Source: Candidatus Geocrenenecus huangii
Lineage (GTDB): Archaea > Thermoproteota > Nitrososphaeria_A > Caldarchaeales > Wolframiiraptoraceae
Reading direction: 5' to 3'
Length of the DNA: 64,000 bases
Assembly (NCBI GenBank): GCA_023254095.1
Contig: JALNLM010000003.1
Location: 32,001 to 96,000, forward strand
Below are positions 1 through 9,812 of this stretch, piece after piece. The stretch's first letter is position 1; every line of letters starts with the position of its first letter. The notes under the pieces were generated by a model, which was not told where the DNA came from, searched no databases, and saw only the letters and a list, made by a program, of their open reading frames with translations. A program made the position numbers and the translations under genes.

Positions 1-194
1 AGAATAGATGAGATGAAATCGTTAATTGTTTTTCTCTCTATTAATATGCCCCCAAGCAGGGCATAGTCTCCGACTTCTAACATGTCGAACCTGACGCTTA
101 ACCCACGTTTTATCAATAGTGAGGGGACGTCAGACCGCTCTTCTCTTCGATCGACTATCACTACCCCCGGCTTAATCACCCTCACTTCTTTCAA
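1..194 (-). CDS. xpf: ERCC4-domain (XPF/Rad1-like) structure-specific nuclease, 5' part; runs off the window
   Basis: Not in the ORF track. Manual translation from TTG at 194: MKEVRVIKPGVVIVDRREERSDVPSLLIKRGLSVRFDMLEVGDYALLGGILIERKTINDFISSI, containing the ERCC4 motifs VDxRE, GDY and ERKxxxD. The start may instead be a nearby GTG. Confidence 0.88.
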   Translation of the reverse strand, partial: MKEVRVIKPGVVIVDRREERSDVPSLLIKRGLSVRFDMLEVGDYALLGGILIERKTINDFISSI

Positions 195-312
195 GACTCT
201 AACCTAAAAGCTATCTACTACATAATCTAATATATACTCATATCTTCAGAATGCCTAAATATGTTAGCTCATCTCCCTACAAGAATACTTAGTTGGAGAA
301 ATGCATTGAGGG

Positions 313-1086
313 TTACGGAATATTTAACTTAACAAATAATTTAACGTAAATTGCTAGAGTGAACAATGTAATCGAGATCGACAATACCGTCAGGTCTCTC
401 TTCGTCATCTTCAATTCTCTGAGGTATGTTCGATTTTTCTTGGCTCCGAAGCATTTCACTTCTATTGCTTCTGCAAGTTCATACGATCTCCTCAAAACGT
501 TTACCATTAATGGGATGAGTATTGGGATATATCTTCTCAGCCTGGTTATCATGTTCCCCTTCTCCAGCTCCAGCCCCCTACTCTTCTGCGCATCTATTAT
601 TGATTGGAGTTCTTCTGCAAGAATCGGAGTGAACCTTATGGCTGAGATAAATGCGAAAGTATACATATACGGTACCTTCATCTTTGTTAGCGCCATCCCT
701 AGTTCTTCGGGGGTTGTGGTTAAGAAGAAGATCGAGAAGGATGCTAGAAAGGCTACGAGCCTGTATGCTAGTTGGAGAGCTTCGTAGATACTCTGAAAAC
801 CGAGAGATTGCCCAGGCATGGAGAGCTTGAATAAGACGTTCAGTAAGAATACGAGGATTATCAGGGGGGCTGCTCCATAAACTGTTCTAGCCCATCTACT
901 GAAAACCTTAGCTATGATGGATAATAGAGCCTCAACCGCTACTACTATCGTTATTATCGTTACTTCTAGATAAATGGCCGCCGTCATCATGAGTAGAAGT
1001 GATATCACTAGCTTAACTCTCGGGTCAAGCTTATGGATTACAGTCTTCCCGGGATAGAATTGGAGACCCCTAAGAATGGTTGACAA
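313..1086 (-). CDS. ecfT: ECF transporter transmembrane component T
   Basis: HKLDPRVKL N-terminus, hydrophobic helices, AQKSRG and AEAIEVKCF coupling motifs; follows two ECF ATPases. Confidence 0.93.
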   Translation of the reverse strand: MSTILRGLQFYPGKTVIHKLDPRVKLVISLLLMMTAAIYLEVTIITIVVAVEALLSIIAKVFSRWARTVYGAAPLIILVFLLNVLFKLSMPGQSLGFQSIYEALQLAYRLVAFLASFSIFFLTTTPEELGMALTKMKVPYMYTFAFISAIRFTPILAEELQSIIDAQKSRGLELEKGNMITRLRRYIPILIPLMVNVLRRSYELAEAIEVKCFGAKKNRTYLRELKMTKRDLTVLSISITLFTLAIYVKLFVKLNIP

Positions 1087-1087
1087 C

Positions 1088-1912
1088 TCACTTCAACCTC
1101 CTGGCAATCTCGACAGCTATCTCTTCAGGTCCTGCTAGCTTAGGCCTAATACCTAGGAAATCTAGCCTAGATGTTAATGAGACTATCTGGGGTGGAAGCA
1201 GACTGCATTCTTGAAGTAACGGGATATCGGTTAAGACTTCCTCCGCCGGCCCATCCTTGACAATTCTACCTTTACTCATTAGAATTATTCTAGGTTTAAT
1301 ATCCGCGATGAACTCGACATCATGGGAAGATATGATTATTGTCTTTCCCTGCTGATTAGCTTGTCTTATAATCTGTATCATCTTCTCTTTCTGGAGTATA
1401 TCCTGCCCAACTGTAGGCTCATCTAGAGCAACAACTTCAGGAGACCACGCAAGGATTATCGCTAGGGCCAGTCTCTTCTTCTCTCCTCCACTAAGGAGGA
1501 AAGGAGACTTATCTCTATATTCTTCAAGCTCCATGAACTTTAAAGCCCATCCAACTCTCTTCTGTATAATATCCTCCGGGTATCTGAAGTTATTTAATGC
1601 AAAAGCTATCTCTTCATAGATTGTTGGGGAGAAGAACATTTCTTCAGCATTTTGGAAAACTATTCCAACTTTTCTTGAGAGAGAGGCCACAGTTGTACGT
1701 CTAGTATCTACTCCGTCTACTAATACTCTTCCAGAAAAAGGTTTAAGTAAGCCATTCAAATGCTTCAGTAACGTTGTCTTCCCCGCACCATTCTCACCCA
1801 TTAATGCAACAATTTCTCCTGACTCTATCTCTAGGTTGACTCCGCGAAGCGCCTTGAACCCGTTGGGATACACGTATTCTACATTCTCGAAGACTATCAT
1901 TAATTTCTCCAC
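1088..1912 (-). CDS. ecfA2: ECF transporter ATPase (second A component)
   Basis: Walker A GENGAGKT, FQN Q-loop, LSGGEK signature, LDEPT, SHD. Confidence 0.92.
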   Translation of the reverse strand: MEKLMIVFENVEYVYPNGFKALRGVNLEIESGEIVALMGENGAGKTTLLKHLNGLLKPFSGRVLVDGVDTRRTTVASLSRKVGIVFQNAEEMFFSPTIYEEIAFALNNFRYPEDIIQKRVGWALKFMELEEYRDKSPFLLSGGEKKRLALAIILAWSPEVVALDEPTVGQDILQKEKMIQIIRQANQQGKTIIISSHDVEFIADIKPRIILMSKGRIVKDGPAEEVLTDIPLLQECSLLPPQIVSLTSRLDFLGIRPKLAGPEEIAVEIARRLK

Positions 1913-2748
1913 CTGCGTAGAATCTCTACAAATTCTTCAACTGAAAGAGGGACCACATGATTAAATGAATATCCTAGAGACTTCTTTAACTGTGTTGCAA
2001 CTTTAACTATCCTCGGGACAGACACTCCATATGGCATTACATCATGCTTATCCAGTACTTCTCTAGGTTTACCGTCTAGAACTATTCTTCCATCATCTAT
2101 TACGATCATACGGGAAGCATATGGTAGGAGCAGATCGAGGCGGTGTTCTGCTATCAATATAGTTATCTTGTATTTCTGGTTTAAACTTATTATTGTATCT
2201 ATCAATTGTTTGGCTGAGAATGGGTCGAGAGAGCTTGTAGGTTCATCTAGCAGGAGTATCTGTGGACGCATAGCTAGGATAGATGCGATCGCTACTTTTT
2301 GTTTCTGACCTCCTGACAATTCTAGCGAAGACTTATCTCTTAATTCTTCTATACCCATAACTCTTAAGGCCCAGTCTACCCTCTCCCTGATCTCTTCCTT
2401 CGGGATCGATAGATTCTCTAAAGCGAACGCTATATCGGCTTCTACTGTTAAGGCAAATAATTGATTGTCTGGATTCTGGAACACCATACCAGCATACTGG
2501 GATAGGATATACGTCGGGTTTTCACGAGTATCGAGACCGCATACTTCTACCTTACCAATCATTTCGCCTTCATAGAAGTGGGGGATCAAACCATTGAAGC
2601 ATCTCATGAGGGTTGATTTACCACATCCACTTCTACCTGCAAGTACGACGAATTCGCCTTCATTTATCTCTATGTTGACTTCTCTTATCGCCCATTCACT
2701 ACTTCCACTATACTTAAACCATAGATTGCTACTCTTTATGATCGTCAA
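1900..2748 (-). CDS. ecfA1: ECF transporter ATPase (first A component)
   Basis: GRSGCGKST, NGLIPHFY, FQNPDNQ, LSGGQKQ, LDEPTS, EHR. Confidence 0.92.
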   Translation of the reverse strand: MTIIKSSNLWFKYSGSSEWAIREVNIEINEGEFVVLAGRSGCGKSTLMRCFNGLIPHFYEGEMIGKVEVCGLDTRENPTYILSQYAGMVFQNPDNQLFALTVEADIAFALENLSIPKEEIRERVDWALRVMGIEELRDKSSLELSGGQKQKVAIASILAMRPQILLLDEPTSSLDPFSAKQLIDTIISLNQKYKITILIAEHRLDLLLPYASRMIVIDDGRIVLDGKPREVLDKHDVMPYGVSVPRIVKVATQLKKSLGYSFNHVVPLSVEEFVEILRRWRN

Positions 2749-3764
2749 GCTTCCAGCACCTCCGGATTTATACCTAACCTATTTTTCAATTCATCTACGA
2801 GGTATTCAGCTAATTCTTCTATAGATGCATTACATTCAAGGTGAGCCGCTGAAGCGTGGCCTCCTCCATACCCTCCAAACTTTACCCCTATTCTCCCAGC
2901 CAGGTCTATGCTTAAGTTTATCTTGGTCTGTTCTATAAAGTCTTGAGATGCTCGCATAGAGGCAGCCACTCTCGATTTATCTACTTCACCTATCGCTATT
3001 GCGAGATGTGCGCCTAGATTGATTAGAGACCTAGCTACAGAGCTTTGGAATTTCCCTACATTCGTAATTACTACCAGCCAGTCTCTAAACCTGTATATCT
3101 TCATCCTTGAAGCTCCCTTCAATCTCGCTATCCTCTCTGAAGTATCTACTGTCTGCTCTAGTTTAGCTAAGATGCTATTCAAGATTATCCCTTTACTGAT
3201 CAATCTACATATCTTGCTAGAGGTATCTAGGTCTGCTATTGAGAATCTTACGGTATCGTAGTATAACCCTATTAGTATAGCTTCCGCATCTCTTAATTCT
3301 AGTTGATAACCAAGGTATTCGGCTAGGTCGTAAATGACCTCTGTCACAGATTGATAACGTTCACTAGAGTATACTTTCACGTTAGGTGAATAACGATTAA
3401 CCGTATCCGAGTGATGGTCTATCACTATAACGTATTTATCTCCTCTAGAAATGACCTCAAAGTATTCATCCAACTGTTCAGGCGACCCTGCATCAACCAC
3501 AATATATGCATCTACATCCTCGACATTCTGGGTTAGCCCGATCCCGAAGTATTCTATTAGAGCTTTAACATGAGCTGTAGGGGAGCCTGGAACATCTATC
3601 CATACATTACCTACATTATAGATTTCTTTCAATAATTTTCTTAGAAAGTACGCTGAGCAGATTGAGTCCGGATCGCCGCCTGAATGGGTTAGAATAAATA
3701 CTTTATGCCTGCTAAGTTGATTTAACTCTCTGTCGAGAAGAGAGATAAGTATTTCATCTCTCAT
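2745..3764 (-). CDS. DHH/DHHA1 family phosphoesterase
   Basis: HxxxDPD, VVD, IDHH and C-terminal GGGH motifs; typical neighbour of prefoldin beta. Confidence 0.9.
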   Translation of the reverse strand: MRDEILISLLDRELNQLSRHKVFILTHSGGDPDSICSAYFLRKLLKEIYNVGNVWIDVPGSPTAHVKALIEYFGIGLTQNVEDVDAYIVVDAGSPEQLDEYFEVISRGDKYVIVIDHHSDTVNRYSPNVKVYSSERYQSVTEVIYDLAEYLGYQLELRDAEAILIGLYYDTVRFSIADLDTSSKICRLISKGIILNSILAKLEQTVDTSERIARLKGASRMKIYRFRDWLVVITNVGKFQSSVARSLINLGAHLAIAIGEVDKSRVAASMRASQDFIEQTKINLSIDLAGRIGVKFGGYGGGHASAAHLECNASIEELAEYLVDELKNRLGINPEVLEA

Positions 3765-3767
3765 TTT

Positions 3768-4151
3768 CTACGAGGTCTTCTTCTCCGCGAGAGCTGACTG
3801 TATTTCTTTCTGTAATGTATCGAGCTGGCTTCTAGTCCTCTGTTCTTGTTTCTCCAAGATCTTTAATCTCGTTTCCGCGAGTTCTTTCTTTTCACTGAGT
3901 TCCTGCACAAGTTTATCACGCGAAGACTGTACCAACACTGGACCAACAGCTTTGTATACAGTTGCCGTATCTGAAACTTTCTCTAATTCTTGTAGTGCAT
4001 TCTTGACCTCGAATAATTCTGTTTCAAGTCTCTGTCTCTCAACTAATATTACGTTCAAGGTTTGTTGAAGCTGCTGCAATCTTAGGATCTGCTGTTGCAA
4101 GCTCGGAGGCAGCTCCCCTTCTCTAACCGCCAACACTATCCCCTCCCACAA
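3768..4151 (-). CDS. pfdB: Prefoldin beta subunit
   Basis: ELPPSLQQQI, coiled coils flanking the VYKAVGPVLV hairpin. Confidence 0.93.
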   Translation of the reverse strand: MWEGIVLAVREGELPPSLQQQILRLQQLQQTLNVILVERQRLETELFEVKNALQELEKVSDTATVYKAVGPVLVQSSRDKLVQELSEKKELAETRLKILEKQEQRTRSQLDTLQKEIQSALAEKKTS

Positions 4152-4300
4152 TAATGAAAATCAAAGAGAATTTATAATTATTGTTTTTCCCATCTCCATC
4201 CTACTCTAACTTGATGGAGAACGTCTCCCAAACTCACTCAAAGATTCAGACTAGAAATTCTCATTAGTTTTAAGAGTAGTCTCTGTTTGACGGAATAATG

Positions 4301-4354
4301 GGAAAAAGTTATATAAGAGGAGGGGACTGAATTCAATAAGTATTTCAAGGGGGG
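4301..4354 (+). promoter_or_regulatory. Putative BRE/TATA (gggaaaaagttatata) and G-rich Shine-Dalgarno-like tract upstream of cimA
   Basis: Purine run plus TTATATA at about 4301-4316; GGGGGG at 4349-4354, 6 nt before the first in-frame sense codon. Confidence 0.5.
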
Positions 4355-4360
4355 AACTGA

Positions 4361-5956
4361 ATCGATTACATCGAAATTCTCGATACAACTCTCAGAGACG
4401 GTGCACAGACTACTGGTGTATCTTTCACACTAGAAGAAAAACTCAAGATAGTTGAAAAATTAGATGAGTTAGGCGTTGATTATATCGAGGGGGGATGGCC
4501 AGCCTCTAACCCAAAAGATAGTGAATTCTTTAGAAGAGTTAAAGATCTAACACTAAGGAATTCCAAGATAGCTGCATTCGGAAGCACCGCTAAAGTCGGC
4601 GTTCCTATCCGTCTAGACCAGTCTTTGAACTCCATTCTAGAAGCAGATGTCTCAGTAGCTGTCTTATTTGGGAAGTCTTGGTCTTTACATGTTGAGAAAG
4701 TCTTGAAATGCAGTTTTGAAGAAAACCTAGAAATCGTCTACAACAGCGTAAATTATCTAAGAGAACATGGATTGAAAGTCATCTTCGATGCGGAACACTT
4801 CTTCGACGGTTATCTCGACAACCCTGAATACGCATTGAAGGTTTTGAAAGCTGCTGAAGAAGCTAAAGCTGAAACCATTGTTCTAGCAGATACGAATGGG
4901 GGAAATACCTTCACGACGATAATGAAGGTTGTCCAGAATGTAAGAAGAGAGATAAAACCTAGGATCGGGATACATACGCATAACGATTCAGGACTAGCTG
5001 TTGCAAATACCCTAGCAGCAGTAGAGGCTGGGGCTCGTCACGTTCAAGGAACTATAAATGGTTTAGGTGAGAGGTGCGGGAATGCTGACCTGATACAGAT
5101 TCTCCCGGCCCTAATCTTCAAAATGAATTTTAATGCTCTGCGGACGAACCTTCCACGGGAAGAAAAATTACGGAAGCTCAAATCTATTGCAACATACGTT
5201 GCTGAAGCCTCAGGTATGCCTCTTTCACCATATCATCCATACGTTGGGGAATATGCTTTCAGCCATAAAGGTGGAGTACACATAGATGCTGTACTAAAAG
5301 AGAAAAGAGCGTATGAGCATATTGACCCTGGCTTGCTAGGAAACTTGACGAGGTTCGTCGTTTCAGACCAAGCTGGGAGGGCAGCTATCCTACAAGAAGC
5401 ATTCGAGATGGGTCTTAAGCTCTCTAAAGATGAACCCGCTCTAACTAAGGCATTGCAAGAGATCAAGAACATGGAAGCAGAAGGATGCAAGTTCGATAAT
5501 GCTACTGGAAGTATACGCTTAGTCATCTTGAAGTTTCTAGGATACAACATAGATAGATTGAAGATTATTTCTTGGAGGACCCTTGTAGAAAGAGGGCCAA
5601 CAGACAGGGTAGAGGCAATAGTTACACTACAGTTAAATGGAGAAATAGTTCATGGTATAGGAAACGGCGTAGGACCAGTACACGCATTAGACCTAGCTCT
5701 TAGAGATGCTCTGCTGAGAAGACTTCCACAACTAGAAAGAGTTAAACTAGTAAACTATAAGGTCTCTGTGGTGGATGCCGCAAGAGGTACGGGCGCCGCA
5801 GTAAGAGTCTTCATAGAGTTCACCGACGGGGAAAAAAGCTGGGCTTGTACTGCGTACTCTAGAAATATTCTTGAAGCAAGCTTGAAAGCATTAATCGACG
5901 GGTACACCTACAAGCTGATAACATATGAGTTGGAGAAGGACTTAGTCAATAGATGA
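4361..5956 (+). CDS. cimA: Citramalate synthase (LeuA/CimA, TIGR00977-like); true N-terminus lies upstream of the ORF-track start at 4625
   Basis: Frame is open from 4361: IDYIEILDTTLRDGAQ...EGGWPASNPKD...AAFGST, then GKSWxLHV, DAEHFFDGY, HTHND, HKGGVH and a C-terminal regulatory domain (GNGVGPVHALD). About 531 aa from 4361. Confidence 0.88.
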   Translation: MDYIEILDTTLRDGAQTTGVSFTLEEKLKIVEKLDELGVDYIEGGWPASNPKDSEFFRRVKDLTLRNSKIAAFGSTAKVGVPIRLDQSLNSILEADVSVAVLFGKSWSLHVEKVLKCSFEENLEIVYNSVNYLREHGLKVIFDAEHFFDGYLDNPEYALKVLKAAEEAKAETIVLADTNGGNTFTTIMKVVQNVRREIKPRIGIHTHNDSGLAVANTLAAVEAGARHVQGTINGLGERCGNADLIQILPALIFKMNFNALRTNLPREEKLRKLKSIATYVAEASGMPLSPYHPYVGEYAFSHKGGVHIDAVLKEKRAYEHIDPGLLGNLTRFVVSDQAGRAAILQEAFEMGLKLSKDEPALTKALQEIKNMEAEGCKFDNATGSIRLVILKFLGYNIDRLKIISWRTLVERGPTDRVEAIVTLQLNGEIVHGIGNGVGPVHALDLALRDALLRRLPQLERVKLVNYKVSVVDAARGTGAAVRVFIEFTDGEKSWACTAYSRNILEASLKALIDGYTYKLITYELEKDLVNR

Positions 5957-6283
5957 AGATCTCTCCAATTCGAAGATAGCTCTAATAGACTTCAACGATG
6001 AATCAATGAATCTTAAGAAAGAGTTTAGAGCAGCTCTCAGAGACACAACATCCTCCGCCTGGATCACTATCTTTAATCCTTCATTGACGGCAATTATATC
6101 GACTCGCGTTCTCTTCGAAGGTAGCTCTCCCGCCTCAATCGAGACGGACTTATATATTATATCTCTTTCTTCAGGAGGAATAAATATCACTACTTCGACG
6201 ATTGCGTTACCTAGCCTCGTATTATGGCTAGATGATATTCTAGGATCGGCATGTTGATCCTTCTTGCATGAAGACTTATCCAT
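5942..6283 (-). CDS. pcc1: KEOPS complex subunit Pcc1
   Basis: IQAEDVVSLRAALNSFLRFI motif; superoperon position after rpl37ae. The real start may be further downstream. Confidence 0.88.
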   Translation of the reverse strand: MDKSSCKKDQHADPRISSSHNTRLGNAIVEVVIFIPPEERDIIYKSVSIEAGELPSKRTRVDIIAVNEGLKIVIQAEDVVSLRAALNSFLRFIDSSLKSIRAIFELERSSSID

Positions 6284-6393
6284 CTAGTAGTTTAACATTC
6301 TTCGTTGATAATAAAAGTTTTAACTTAATGAGAACAGGATGTTTGACAATAGCATATTCACCTATGAAATGTTGATGCTAGTATATGCTTCAT

Positions 6394-6621
6394 TTATTTC
6401 TCCATGAAGGGAGACCAAGCTCCGCCCGCGAATTTATATCCGCATCTAGTACATTGCCAGACTCCGATTGAGACTCTTTTGACCTTCCCTTCCCCGCAAC
6501 CGGGACATATATGTAATGCTTTCTGCTCACGTTCTATCTCAGCAACCTTCTTTCTAATAGTTGCCCCATATCTAGCTTTAAATCTCTTAGCAGGATTATC
6601 TTGTAGACGGCCGACCCTCAT
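6394..6621 (-). CDS. rpl37ae: 50S ribosomal protein L37Ae (eL43)
   Basis: RFKARYGATIRK, CPGC...GVWQCTRCG...FAGGAW. Confidence 0.96.
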   Translation of the reverse strand: MRVGRLQDNPAKRFKARYGATIRKKVAEIEREQKALHICPGCGEGKVKRVSIGVWQCTRCGYKFAGGAWSPFMEK

Positions 6622-6793
6622 AACAGTTCTCTAAAATAATTTTAAAAGTGTAATATATATGTAATCTTGGTTACTGGAGGCTAAATGCCTTTTCCGGCAT
6701 GGTTCATGAGTAAGCGTCATTACAAGTTGATCGAGAGCATTATTAATGATTCATCGATATAGATAGTGAAACGGTTACATTGATGTTAGCTAC

Positions 6794-7621
6794 CTATATT
6801 TTGACGTTTAATGCTTCACAGAATTTCTGCCTAGTATACTTGCATTTCTCAGAGGCCACGTCTATCATCTGTTCTAGCATGTTCTCAGGTATTAACCCCG
6901 GAGAATTCTTCTGTATAGAGATTACGTTGTCTTTTTCATCCATGCCTATAATTATTGAAACATCTAGAGCAGATTCTTCTTCTAACTGTGGATCAACCAA
7001 GAATTTTTCTTTAATTATCCCGAAGGTGGTAGTGAAGGGTAGAGACTGAAGTTGGAGATTAAAGTATTCTCCAGTCTTCTCCACCTTACCGTCTAAAACC
7101 TCATACTTAGGGATTCTCGCAGTTGCTAGAGCGGCAAGGACAGCGATCGTTGAAGGATCATAATAGTTACCATCATAGTCGAGTACGTACACATCGACAA
7201 AAAGTATGTATGCTTTCTCCCCTTCGACCAAACATAGTTTTTCCAAGTCGATGCACTTGCTCTCCCTAATGCTACGGTCGACTACTCTGGCAAGCTCGAC
7301 TCCGCGTTCATCGGGTGGTCCAGGCTCGAAGCTTATCGAGGCCAATGGTAATAGTTCTGCATTTACTGTGAATGAGCCTTCTCTCGGTCTATCAGAATAT
7401 GGTGAGCCTATCTCTGCCTTTATTCCAACCAGTATCTTTGTTCCGCCCATTGAGGCAAGCGCAGAGCCGTCTGCCTTCTCGACGAGTCCCGTAACGATAT
7501 TTATCGGCCTCATATCTGTCGGAGACCTACCGTCAAGCCTCTTGCCCTGCTTTAGCAGGTTGTATATCTTTTCTTGAACTATCTTCGCTGTTAGACTCTT
7601 CTTCATCTGAGATATAGACAT
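6794..7621 (-). CDS. rrp42: Exosome core subunit Rrp42
   Basis: RLDGR, KADGSA, FEPGPPDERGVELARVVDRSIRES, LDYDGN. Confidence 0.96.
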   Translation of the reverse strand: MSISQMKKSLTAKIVQEKIYNLLKQGKRLDGRSPTDMRPINIVTGLVEKADGSALASMGGTKILVGIKAEIGSPYSDRPREGSFTVNAELLPLASISFEPGPPDERGVELARVVDRSIRESKCIDLEKLCLVEGEKAYILFVDVYVLDYDGNYYDPSTIAVLAALATARIPKYEVLDGKVEKTGEYFNLQLQSLPFTTTFGIIKEKFLVDPQLEEESALDVSIIIGMDEKDNVISIQKNSPGLIPENMLEQMIDVASEKCKYTRQKFCEALNVKI

Positions 7622-7627
7622 GCCTTC

Positions 7628-8365
7628 TTAAACCTCCATCAACGATACTCCACTATACTTTTTTCTTAGAGCCTCTCTTTGTTTCTGGTATATCTCCGTT
7701 ATTCCTTTCTTAGCAAACTCAAGAGCTCTTCTAAAATCTTCCTTCGCAAGCCTCCCATTCAGTTGTAGTAAGACTATGGAGTTAAGCCGTGGGGCCATGG
7801 CCACAGGCATATCTGCTTCACCATACTTATCTTCTAGGTCGCATAGATCGAGGACTAAGTGTCCTTCAATTTTTCCAACAGCCACGGCTGCTACTAGGTC
7901 GGCCATAGGTATTCCTGCTTCAGCGAGGGCAAGAGATGCGGCTGTCAGCCCAGCTGTTCTCGTCCCACCGTCAGCTTGTATAACCTCGATGTAGACATCT
8001 ATACTTGTACGGGGGAATTCTTCAAGGAAGACTACGCTCTCTAGCGCTTCCCTTATTACTTTTGACAATTCTATTTCTCTTCTAGTCATCCCTAGAGGCT
8101 TCCTCTCATCTACGCTGAAAGACGCCATGTGATACCTACAGTTTAATATTGCACGATCAGGTAAAGCTAGGTGTTTAGGATGTACTTCTCTTGGACCGAA
8201 GACCGCTGCAAAGACTTTTGTCTTTCCCAGTTCTACGTATGCTGACCCATCACTTTTATCCAGCACGCCTATCTCTATCTTCAGAGGTCTTAGCTCATCT
8301 GGTCTTCTCCCATCAATTCTAGTCCCTTCCTCATTTATCAATTTCAATTTTTCATCCTTCACCAT
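7628..8365 (-). CDS. rrp41: Exosome catalytic subunit Rrp41
   Basis: [37 protein letters not shown]. Start set at ATG 8365 because GGAGGTGA precedes it. Confidence 0.96.
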   Translation of the reverse strand: MVKDEKLKLINEEGTRIDGRRPDELRPLKIEIGVLDKSDGSAYVELGKTKVFAAVFGPREVHPKHLALPDRAILNCRYHMASFSVDERKPLGMTRREIELSKVIREALESVVFLEEFPRTSIDVYIEVIQADGGTRTAGLTAASLALAEAGIPMADLVAAVAVGKIEGHLVLDLCDLEDKYGEADMPVAMAPRLNSIVLLQLNGRLAKEDFRRALEFAKKGITEIYQKQREALRKKYSGVSLMEV

Positions 8366-9029
8366 GTGATTCACCTCCAAGAATACTTCTAACCAAGTTT
8401 TCAACTCTTTCTGTTAATCCTTGTGAATGTGCTTCTCTTTCAATCAACCTTATCGCAGACAAAGCTGCAAACTCGTTGCTAGGAGATGGTCCCTTAATAA
8501 CTATGAACCCATTTCTCCCCACCAACAAGTCGCAGCCCGTCTCCTTCTTAATCATGTTAATCATCGACCCCCTTCTACCAATCAACCTAGGAATCTTAGA
8601 TGGATGCATACTTACCAGTAAGCCTGAGGTAACCTTCTTAATCTTCTCACCCGTCTCCAAGAATACACCTCTAAGTCCACTCTCTTTAACTGTTCCATAC
8701 ACTACCTCTCCAACTTTCAAGTTGAGAGCTTGAACCTCTTTTTTATCAGGTATTCTTATCGTCGCCGTTAGGTGTCTCCCTAGACTCACGTCGAAGCCAT
8801 TTGGCTTGACATCTATCACTACACCTATGACACGATCACCAGGCTGAGGATTATATGTGCTCTTGAACGGTATAACACATACTTTATCATTCTTAATAGT
8901 CGCGAATCCTACTGTTGCTGCGTAAACCTTATTCCCTAGCACGTATGTTCCTTCACCACTTCTCTTATCATCATCTGATAATAGCTGACCCGGTAAAACG
9001 ACCTCTCTCTCCGAGAAATATAAAGGCAT
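8352..9029 (-). CDS. rrp4: Exosome RNA-binding cap subunit Rrp4
   Basis: VVLPGQLL N-domain, [12 protein letters not shown]1 domain, KH domain [16 protein letters not shown]. Confidence 0.93.
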   Translation of the reverse strand: MPLYFSEREVVLPGQLLSDDDKRSGEGTYVLGNKVYAATVGFATIKNDKVCVIPFKSTYNPQPGDRVIGVVIDVKPNGFDVSLGRHLTATIRIPDKKEVQALNLKVGEVVYGTVKESGLRGVFLETGEKIKKVTSGLLVSMHPSKIPRLIGRRGSMINMIKKETGCDLLVGRNGFIVIKGPSPSNEFAALSAIRLIEREAHSQGLTERVENLVRSILGGESHGEG

Positions 9030-9033
9030 ACTT

Positions 9034-9726
9034 CTACCCCTCTAAAGGATTCACCTCTATCCTTCCGCTCGCTATCCTCGTTAACCTATCTATTAAGTCT
9101 AAGTGTAGGCCTGTTGGAACCTCGACTACACCAACCCAGCTACCATCCTTCCTCCATTCTTCCTTGACTAACTTACCCATATTCTTAATTAGTCCGTAAG
9201 ATTTCCCAACTACTTCTCCTGGAAGTCTTATCTGGAGTTTGATTAAACCTATCTTTAAAGGAAGTATAGACCTAAGCTTCTCTATAATCTTTAATGCTTG
9301 CTCTTTAGCATCTTGGAAGGGATCTATAGTTACACCTGCTTCATCCATAGCTAGCTCTATTCTCTGAGGAGGATGAGGAAGGTTAGTTCTAGGATCAATA
9401 GCATTCCTAGAGATAAAATCTACAATAGATTTCTTTTTTTCTTCTATAAGTTTTCTTCTTTGTTCCGCGGTAACCTGTATTGTTCCCTCCTTCAATATCG
9501 TCTCCGCTATCTTCAAGAACTCTGTTGTGCCAAACGCCTTTCTCAATTCTTCCTCGCTCGCCCTACTTCCTTTACGGGAATCTTTGTAAACTTCTTCGTA
9601 GACGACGATCTTTGATACAGGAATATTCTCTCCAAGCCTATACTTTAGAGCGCGGTCGGGATCCACAAGTATCTCGAAGAGTATACCTTTCTTTTCAATT
9701 CTTGCAACAGTATAGTTCTTAGACAA
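9034..9726 (-). CDS. Ribosome maturation factor SBDS/Sdo1
   Basis: FEILVDPD, AFGTT, IDPRTNLPHPPQRIELAM. Confidence 0.95.
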   Translation of the reverse strand: MSKNYTVARIEKKGILFEILVDPDRALKYRLGENIPVSKIVVYEEVYKDSRKGSRASEEELRKAFGTTEFLKIAETILKEGTIQVTAEQRRKLIEEKKKSIVDFISRNAIDPRTNLPHPPQRIELAMDEAGVTIDPFQDAKEQALKIIEKLRSILPLKIGLIKLQIRLPGEVVGKSYGLIKNMGKLVKEEWRKDGSWVGVVEVPTGLHLDLIDRLTRIASGRIEVNPLEG

Positions 9727-9812
9727 CCCTATTTATCCTCCCAGCTAATCCACTGTCATTTAATTAACCCTTCTGGAGATAGTCTAACTAAGAGATTTAT
9801 TAATATTCTCTT

